Shown here piece by piece: positions 57,316-64,000 of a stretch of 64,000 nt of DNA. Origin of the DNA: an uncultured Bacteroidales bacterium (lineage in GTDB: Bacteria > Bacteroidota > Bacteroidia > Bacteroidales > UBA11471); assembly GCA_947593515.1 (NCBI GenBank), contig CANQDQ010000005.1:508-64507 (forward strand), written 5' to 3'. The notes under the pieces were generated by a model, which was given only the letters and a program-made list of their open reading frames with translations, was not told the origin of the DNA and searched no databases. Both the position numbers and the translations under genes were made by a program. Numbering within the stretch: the stretch's first letter is position 1; each line of letters begins with the position of its first letter.

Positions 57316-58668
57316 TTAAAGAGTTACGGGTTTGTTTTGGTAAATATCCAGCAGTAGGCGGTTGAGTATCGCCATGTATTTGGCTTGCAGCACCTGTTGT
57401 TCGGCGGCAAGCAGGTTGTTCTTTTCCGTCAGAAGTTCGAGTGTATTCGCCATGCCCGAATCGAATTTGCGCTGCATCAGTTCGTAGCTGCTGCGGGTTG
57501 CTTTCACCTGTTCCTGCGCCGACACGTATTGCTCTTGTGCCGCCTGTGTTTCGAGGTAGAGGTTTTCGATTTCGCTCAACAGATTTTTTTTCGTATTCTG
57601 CAATTCGAGTTCCGAAGTCGTAAGAGAGATGCGGGCTTTCGATACCGCCGAGCGCGTGTTCCGGTTGCTGTACAGCGGAATGGAAAGCGAGAGTCCCACC
57701 GATTCGTTGAGTTTGTTTTTCAGCTGCTTGCCGGTGGCATCGTCGGAAATAGAGAGGTGTCCCGTACTTATACCTGCCGACAGCGACAGCGACGGGTAGT
57801 AGTCGGCTTTTGCGCTGCGCAGGGCGAGTTGTGCGGCGGCAATGTCGAGTTCGCTGCTTTTGATGCCCGGCCGGCAGGCGAGAGCTGTTTGATAGATTTC
57901 GTTTTTGGAAGCCAATGGCGCCAACACGTCGCTGTCGTCGATTTCGGGTACGACGATTTCTATGCTTTCGTCAATGCCCAACTCTAAAATCTGTTTCAGG
58001 GTAAGCCGGTTTTGTTCCAACGTGTTTTGCGATACGACGAGCTGGTATCGGTCGTTGCTATATTGGGCGACCAGTTGGGCGTAGTCGCTTTCCGACAGAG
58101 AACCGGCAGCCCGCAGTTTTTCGCCCCGCTCGCATTGCGCCTTCGACACCTCTACGGTGTTTTCGTTGATACGCACTGCCTCTTGGGCATAAAGTATTTG
58201 CAGATAGCCCGATACGATAGCCGACTCGATGTCGTCGAATGTCTCTTCGAGCAGGCTTTCCTGTTTCTGTTCATTGACTTTTTCGGTCTTTATGCGGGTG
58301 AGTTTTTTCCCGCCGTTGAACAGCGTCAGAGAGCCTCGCAGGTTGTAGCTGCCGGTAAATTGGTTTTTGTTGCTGCCGCTGTTGCCGGTAACGATGTAAT
58401 TGTCGAGGTCGCTGATACCGGTTTCGATAAATGGCGAGTTGGTGAACTGGTAGCTCACGCCGGCGGTCAACGAGGGAAAGAGCTGCGCTTTGGCGTTGCG
58501 GCGGTCTATGACGCTGCTTTCGAGCGAAAGGCGGCTTTTCTTCAAGTCGATGTTTTGCTCGTAGGCATATTGCAGGCACTCGTTCAGGGTCCATGCTTTC
58601 GGCTCTGTTTGCCCGTAGCCGGCAGCGGATAGCAGAGAGGCTGCTGCGAAGAAAAAGATTCGTTTCAT
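57316..58668 (-). CDS. TolC family outer membrane efflux protein
   Basis: WTLNECLQYA; duplicated YYPSLS / LSIPLY OEP repeats. Confidence 0.93.
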   Translation of the reverse strand: MKRIFFFAAASLLSAAGYGQTEPKAWTLNECLQYAYEQNIDLKKSRLSLESSVIDRRNAKAQLFPSLTAGVSYQFTNSPFIETGISDLDNYIVTGNSGSNKNQFTGSYNLRGSLTLFNGGKKLTRIKTEKVNEQKQESLLEETFDDIESAIVSGYLQILYAQEAVRINENTVEVSKAQCERGEKLRAAGSLSESDYAQLVAQYSNDRYQLVVSQNTLEQNRLTLKQILELGIDESIEIVVPEIDDSDVLAPLASKNEIYQTALACRPGIKSSELDIAAAQLALRSAKADYYPSLSLSAGISTGHLSISDDATGKQLKNKLNESVGLSLSIPLYSNRNTRSAVSKARISLTTSELELQNTKKNLLSEIENLYLETQAAQEQYVSAQEQVKATRSSYELMQRKFDSGMANTLELLTEKNNLLAAEQQVLQAKYMAILNRLLLDIYQNKPVTL

Positions 58669-58716
58669 GAATGGTCTGTTTTTAGGAACAGAAAAGACGC
58701 GTTCCTCTATCGGCTA

Positions 58717-58803
58717 CAAAGGTAAGAAAGAATATGTTAGCCGGCAACCGATTTATAAATAAACCCTGTTTTTATCGACGAAAAAACGATTTTTACCGCC
58801 GAA
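58717..58803 (-). promoter_or_regulatory. tolC operon promoter (-7 TACCTTTG) with candidate LytTR direct repeats
   Basis: -7 at 58717-58724; tttatcgacgaa (58771) and tttaccgccgaa (58792), 21 bp apart. Confidence 0.55.
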
Positions 58804-58850
58804 CGAAAGAAAAAGCGAGTCGCTTTGCAGGCAGCTCGCTTTCGGTCTTG

Positions 58851-60530
58851 TTATACAAAGCACAGAATCAGCAGCTGGGCGGTGAGCACCCGTAGAAACA
58901 TGGTCAATGGATATACGGTGGAGTAGGCGACTGCCGGCGCATCGTTGCCCGAAACTTTGTTGGCGTATGCCAGTGCGGGAGGGTCGGTCATACTGCCCGA
59001 CAACAGACCCATGATAGTGAAGTAGTTGAGCTTGTAGCGCCACCGCGCGATGATGCCGATGACCAACATCGGAACAAGGGTGATGAGGAATCCCCAGAAT
59101 ACCCACAGCAGTCCGTCGCCGGTAAATACCGTCGCGGCGAAATTGCCGCCTGCCTCTATGCCGATACTGGCGAGAAAGAGGCAGATGCCTATTTCGCGCA
59201 GCATCAGGCTGGCGCTGGTCGAGGTGTATGTTACCAGTTTCATTTTATGCCCGAAGCGTCCTATCAGTATGGCTACCACCAACGGACCTCCGGCGAGTCC
59301 GAGTTTCATCGACGACGTCATACCCGGTATGGAGAGGGGCATACTGCCCAACAAAATACCCAAGAATATGCCGATGAAAATCGTAATCATGTTCGGTTCG
59401 TTCAACCGTTTCATGGAGTTGCCCAATCGCGATGCCAGTCGGTTGATGTCTTCCAGTTTTCCAACGACCGTGAGGCGGTCGCCGATTTGCAGCACGAGGT
59501 TCGGTGTAACGAGCAAATCGACACCGGCGCGGTTCAGTCGGGTGGCGTTCAACCGGTAACCCATGCGCAGCCGCAGCGAGCCGATGGTGCGACCGTTGTA
59601 TTCCGACTTGGTAACGACGATGCGGCGCGACAGTACCGGCGAGGGTATTGCTTCCCAGTCCATTTCGACGATAGGACCGATAAAGGCTTTCAGCGCATCT
59701 TCGTCCTGCTCCGAAAGTACGGTCAGCAGCAAATCGCCCTGTCCGATGACGGTATTGTTGTCGGGAATGATTACTTCTCCGTTTTTCTGCACGCGCGATA
59801 CCACGAAGTTGCGGTCGATGAGGGCTGCCAGTTTTTCGAGCGTCCGACCTACAATCAGTTGGTTTTCCACTTTGTAGGTTACGATATGGGGAGCCAGCGT
59901 ACTGGCTTCGTTTTCATCTTCTATCTGTTTGGCTTCGGCATCGTTATTGATACGGAACACGAAACGGATAATGATTATCGCCAGAATGATGCCGATGACG
60001 CCCAACGGATAGGCGGCAGCATAACCCGACGCGATTTCGGGCACTTCGGTAATCTTTCCGTCGTATTGCAGCTGCGACAAGGTTTGCTGCGCGGCACCGA
60101 GTCCGGGCGTATTGGTTACCGCACCGGAGAGAATGCCCACCAGTTCGGGCATCGACACGCGGTCGTGCGCGATGGCGTAAATCGTGCAAACGACAACGAT
60201 ATTTAGCAGCACGACGCCGGCGGCAAGCATATTGAGCCTCATGCCCCCTTTTTTGAACGAAGAGAAAAAGCCCGGTCCCACTTGCAGCCCGATGGAATAG
60301 ACGAACAAAATAAGTCCGAAATCTTTGGTGAAGTTCAGAATATTCTTTTCGGCGGTGAATCCGAAGTGGGCGACAAACAGCCCCACGAACAACACGAAAG
60401 TTACTCCCAATGAAATGCCGAATATTTTTTGCTTTCCCAAATAGACTCCCAACGCGATGACGAAAGCAAAAAGCAAAACGGTGTGAGCAACGGAATCGGT
60501 TGTGTACAATAGATTTTCAATCCAATTCAT
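58851..60530 (-). CDS. AspT/YidE/YbjL family putative transporter with TrkA-C domains
   Basis: [37 protein letters not shown] duplicated domains. Confidence 0.92.
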   Translation of the reverse strand: MNWIENLLYTTDSVAHTVLLFAFVIALGVYLGKQKIFGISLGVTFVLFVGLFVAHFGFTAEKNILNFTKDFGLILFVYSIGLQVGPGFFSSFKKGGMRLNMLAAGVVLLNIVVVCTIYAIAHDRVSMPELVGILSGAVTNTPGLGAAQQTLSQLQYDGKITEVPEIASGYAAAYPLGVIGIILAIIIIRFVFRINNDAEAKQIEDENEASTLAPHIVTYKVENQLIVGRTLEKLAALIDRNFVVSRVQKNGEVIIPDNNTVIGQGDLLLTVLSEQDEDALKAFIGPIVEMDWEAIPSPVLSRRIVVTKSEYNGRTIGSLRLRMGYRLNATRLNRAGVDLLVTPNLVLQIGDRLTVVGKLEDINRLASRLGNSMKRLNEPNMITIFIGIFLGILLGSMPLSIPGMTSSMKLGLAGGPLVVAILIGRFGHKMKLVTYTSTSASLMLREIGICLFLASIGIEAGGNFAATVFTGDGLLWVFWGFLITLVPMLVIGIIARWRYKLNYFTIMGLLSGSMTDPPALAYANKVSGNDAPAVAYSTVYPLTMFLRVLTAQLLILCFV

Positions 60531-60731
60531 CTCTGTTTTGTTTTGAAAAATGGTTTGTTTTCTCCCGTCCGAAAACAGGCTGGCGGGAATTTCTTTTTTA
60601 CCTTGATTTTTGCCGGCGCAAAGGTAGCGCTTTTATCGTTATCCGCAAAAAGATTTCAATCGTTTTGGAAAACCTTTCTGCCGTTTGTCGGGAAAAGTTT
60701 ATTTTTGCAACGAAAAACAAACTTTTTCGAT

Positions 60732-61130
60732 ATGACGGTTTTGCATCGGGTTATCGTGGGCATCGGCTCCAACGCCGCCGACCGGGAAGCGACGGTGGCG
60801 AAAGCGTGCGCCATGCTGGCGGCGCGATTCTTCGATTTCCGGGCTTCGTCGATATACACGACGCCTGCGGAGGGCAGTTGTGCAGGGGCACCCGATTATT
60901 GCAATGCCGTAGCCCTGTTTTCGACCGATACCGAATGCGAAACGCTGGAACGCTTTTTCAAAGGTATGGAAACCGATTTCGGTCGCACGCCCGAATGCAA
61001 GACGCTCGGACTTGTTCCGCTCGACATCGACGTCGTCGTGTGGGACGACCGCATACTGCGCCCTCGCGATATGGCGCGGGATTATATGCGCATTGGGTTG
61101 CGACAGCTCGGCAAAACCTCTTTTCTCTAA
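60732..61130 (+). CDS. HPPK (FolK)-like protein, short and atypical
   Basis: GIGSN, SSIYTT, DYCNAV, LDIDVV present; start placed at ATG 60732. Confidence 0.75.
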   Translation: MTVLHRVIVGIGSNAADREATVAKACAMLAARFFDFRASSIYTTPAEGSCAGAPDYCNAVALFSTDTECETLERFFKGMETDFGRTPECKTLGLVPLDIDVVVWDDRILRPRDMARDYMRIGLRQLGKTSFL

Positions 61131-61222
61131 CGCAGAGCGCATCGTTTTCGTTCGGAAAAAGTCGGAAAGAAAAGTTTTTCCGATACCGAAAAATGCTTCC
61201 CTTTCCGCTTGCTTTTATCCCG

Positions 61223-62296
61223 TTATTTGAATGCGACGTGTCCCGGACTCACTCCGGCAAATACCGTATTTTCTATTTCCCCGTCGGGCGTGATGAAATA
61301 TACCTTTCCCGACGTTGTATAGTCGCCGGCATCGGTTACCACCAACTTTTTCGTTATCGGATTCACCGTCAGGCTGTACGGCGCTACGCCTTCGGGAATG
61401 AAATGCCCTTCGCTCACGGCTTGGCTGTTCAAGTCGATGGTGTGGCTCGTGTAGGTAGTTTTGCCTGTTACATCGCTCCATTCCGATGAGTAGACGTAGG
61501 CGATGTCGTCGTCCATACCGATGTCGGAAGCGGCGATGTTCAGCGTTTTCACCGTTTCGGTAGCAAGGTCGATGACGTAGAGATTCGACGGAATATCTCC
61601 ATAATTTCCGCGCGAGGTAACATAGAGATTGCCTTTGCCGTCGGCTTTGAGGTGATGCAGGTTTATCGCCACCTCTATTTTTTTTGATTCCGTGAACGTG
61701 GCGAGGTCGATTACCGATACCGTGCTGTCGTATTCTCCCGAAAGGTAGCTGTAGCCGCCGGAATTGGCGACGTAGAGTTTTCCGCCGACGACAGCCATTT
61801 CTTCTGGCTCGCGACCTACGCTTACGCTATCGACCACTTTGGCGGCGGCAATATCTATTTTATAAACTTGCGCAGTGTATGAACTTACATACGCGTAGCC
61901 GCCCTCGAAGCAGATGTAACGGCAGTTGGGCACATCGACGCCGGCAATGTGTTTGGCGCTGTCGGCGGTCATGATTTCGACCTTGTGCGAACCGTTCATT
62001 ACGGCATACAGACGGTTTTCGTAGATTTTCAAATCCGTACCTGTACCGCCCAGCTCCATGGCGACTTCGGGATTGCGCGACGGATAGATATTGGTATAAT
62101 ACGTTCCGTCTTCGGCATCGAAGAAGTCGAGTGTCGCATTGTTTTGACCATAGTTGCCTTCGTTGAGCAGATAGAACGAACCGTTGCCGGGTGTCGTCGT
62201 TTGAGTGTCAGGCAGAAGCAGTTTTTCGTCTTCGTTGTTGCAGCCGCTCAGGAGAGCTGCCGCGCATAACCATGTGCATAAAAGACTTTTTTTCAT
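61223..62296 (-). CDS. YncE/BtuG-like beta-propeller surface lipoprotein
   Basis: Lipobox LSGC; LNEGNYGQNNATL, KLYVANSGG, DAGDY...GKVY. Confidence 0.8.
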   Translation of the reverse strand: MKKSLLCTWLCAAALLSGCNNEDEKLLLPDTQTTTPGNGSFYLLNEGNYGQNNATLDFFDAEDGTYYTNIYPSRNPEVAMELGGTGTDLKIYENRLYAVMNGSHKVEIMTADSAKHIAGVDVPNCRYICFEGGYAYVSSYTAQVYKIDIAAAKVVDSVSVGREPEEMAVVGGKLYVANSGGYSYLSGEYDSTVSVIDLATFTESKKIEVAINLHHLKADGKGNLYVTSRGNYGDIPSNLYVIDLATETVKTLNIAASDIGMDDDIAYVYSSEWSDVTGKTTYTSHTIDLNSQAVSEGHFIPEGVAPYSLTVNPITKKLVVTDAGDYTTSGKVYFITPDGEIENTVFAGVSPGHVAFK

Positions 62297-62402
62297 ACGT
62301 AGATAGTTTTTAGGTGTTTAAGGGAACGTTTATTTTTTAATGCAAAACGGGTGCAAAGATACGACTTTTTTCAGTTGTGAGCTTTTTGTCTTTGCAGTCG
62401 TT

Positions 62403-64000
62403 TCATTGTTTGAGAAGCGGGGCATATCCGCTGCCCGACGACGTGGAGATGCGCACCATGTACAGCCCAGCCGACAGTGTTTCCACCGATACCGGTTCTC
62501 CTTTTTCCACCGGCGAGGAGAGCAGCCGCTGCCCGTCAAGGCTGAAAATGTCGACCGTCACGCTTTCTTCCGTATTTATCGTAAAATACCGTTGGGCGGG
62601 ATTGGGGTAGATGCGGTATGTTTTTTCGGACATGGCAGTTTCTCGGTTGCTTGAAAGTCCCGAAACGGTTACGGATATTTCTTTCTCTACGGTTTTGCCG
62701 TTGGAGTTGAATACGACCGTCAGGGTCGCGGTGCCGTTACCGACCGGCTCTGCGATGAGCGAATCGTTTTCGATGCGGGCATCGAGCACGGCTTTATTTG
62801 TCGTAATCACCGATTTCACGATTGTGCAGGCAAGATTGTCGTCGTCGGACACTTTGTCGCCCAAATAGAGCGAGAAACGACGCTGTTCGGAGTCGAAGAC
62901 GATTTTGTCGGGAAATTCATCAGAGACGACCGGTGCGGCAGTGTCGGGAAAAATGACTAACGCCGGAAACCAGTAATTGCTTTCCAAGTCGTATTTGCCG
63001 GCGACTTTCCACGTTTCTCCGCCGTTTTTTGAAAGGCGAAGCATACGGTATTTCCGGCTTGTGTTCGAGCGATATATCATGGCATATATATCGTCGGTTA
63101 CAGGGTGTATGCGGAATCCGGCATGATATAACGTCCAACTTCCGTCGTCGTACGTTCCGAAATCGAAAATTTCGGAACTCGATTCGTTGTCGATGTCGTA
63201 ACAATAGATGACGTCCTGTCCCCACCAATCGTTTGTTTGGGAATAAGCCCAATAGATTTTGTTCTCCTGATAGGAGGCACAAAACGGGTCGGCTGTCCAC
63301 GCATACCACGATTCCGGCAGCGGCACGGGAACAGGGTGCTGTTCGGTTTTCAGCGTGTAGGGGTCGAGGCATACGAGGTTGTCGTTGCTGCTGAGCCACA
63401 GATTTCCGTCACGGGCGGGAATGACAGAGTTGTATTTTCCTTCGATGATGGTTTCCAGTGTATGCGTTTCCGTGTCGATAACCAGCAAGCCTTTTGCCTG
63501 ATGTACGGCGAAAGCGTACCTCCCGACACGTGTCATCATGCCTATCTGGTCGTCGTAGAGGCTGCCGCTGGCGTTTCCCGTGTTTTCTATCATCGCGCCG
63601 ATGCTCATCTTGTCGATATCGAACAGGTAGATGCCGTTACTCGTACCGAGGTAGCCGGTGTGCCGGTCGATACCGAGAAAAGTGCGCCCGTCTGCCGATG
63701 CGCTGTTTCCGTTTTCGGGAGCGATGTCGGCGAACTCTTTTTCCAGTTTCATCGTTCGGGCGTCGCACACTGCCAGCCGGCTGCCGGTAATTGTCGCGCC
63801 GCCGTCTTTCTCCTGTTTCGATACGATGTACATACGTCCGTCATAGATGGTTCCGAACTGGGAAGTACACCCCAATTCGTGTCCCGGATTCTCTTTCTGA
63901 AAGACGCGATATACCCATGTGCAGGAATCGGTGAAATAGTTGATTGTACTGTTTTGGTGTCCGAACCAGTCTTCGTTCAGTACGAAAACGCCGGTCGTAT
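62403..64000 (-). CDS. DUF5074-like beta-propeller protein with T9SS type A C-terminal domain (5' end outside the window)
   Basis: Frame is open to the edge (TTGVFVLNEDWFGHQNSTINY); C-terminal IYPNPA...FSLDG...LSAGLYMVRI. Confidence 0.82.
   Translation of the reverse strand, partial: TTGVFVLNEDWFGHQNSTINYFTDSCTWVYRVFQKENPGHELGCTSQFGTIYDGRMYIVSKQEKDGGATITGSRLAVCDARTMKLEKEFADIAPENGNSASADGRTFLGIDRHTGYLGTSNGIYLFDIDKMSIGAMIENTGNASGSLYDDQIGMMTRVGRYAFAVHQAKGLLVIDTETHTLETIIEGKYNSVIPARDGNLWLSSNDNLVCLDPYTLKTEQHPVPVPLPESWYAWTADPFCASYQENKIYWAYSQTNDWWGQDVIYCYDIDNESSSEIFDFGTYDDGSWTLYHAGFRIHPVTDDIYAMIYRSNTSRKYRMLRLSKNGGETWKVAGKYDLESNYWFPALVIFPDTAAPVVSDEFPDKIVFDSEQRRFSLYLGDKVSDDDNLACTIVKSVITTNKAVLDARIENDSLIAEPVGNGTATLTVVFNSNGKTVEKEISVTVSGLSSNRETAMSEKTYRIYPNPAQRYFTINTEESVTVDIFSLDGQRLLSSPVEKGEPVSVETLSAGLYMVRISTSSGSGYAPLLKQ

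Noticed and set aside
1-64000. CRISPR array, rRNA, complete tRNA, IS element or riboswitch
   Set aside because: No regularly spaced repeats, transposase ORF or recognisable structured-RNA consensus was seen by eye. An Infernal/Rfam scan would be needed to exclude weak cases.

Overview
This is chromosomal DNA from a gut-type Bacteroidales bacterium. That call rests on Bacteroidetes TTTG-N19-21-TAnnTTTG promoters throughout and a protein with a T9SS C-terminal domain. Bases 1-4603 are the integrase end of an NBU-type mobilizable transposon (integrase, YhcG/DUF1016 nuclease, orf2-like gene, DUF3853 excisionase-like gene, AAA ATPase). It ends in a duplicated tRNA-Ser 3' end, CCTGTCTCTCCGCCA. Just outside it lies an AT-rich islet with a GHKL-ATPase/STAS two-gene operon and a decayed lipoprotein gene. 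The rest is mostly core genome: wza/wzz, glyA, pyrBI, surface glycosylation and acylation pairs, OPT, nrnA, glmM, rsmG, queF/queA, cobB, FKBPs, ribF, mscL, trxB-lolA-ftsK, trkAH, dxs, mutS2, rsmI, gdh, a TolC/MacAB/LytS-LytTR operon and BtuG-like beta-propellers. The most interesting unannotated signals are the orphan kinase/STAS partner-switch pair at a tRNA hotspot, a pyrL-like leader-peptide attenuator upstream of pyrB, a promoter- and terminator-bounded ~120-nt transcript between mutS2 and the next gene, in-frame DNA palindromes inside the YhcG gene, and a tandem lipoprotein duplication with divergent C-termini. All family assignments come from recognising motifs by eye; no searches were run.
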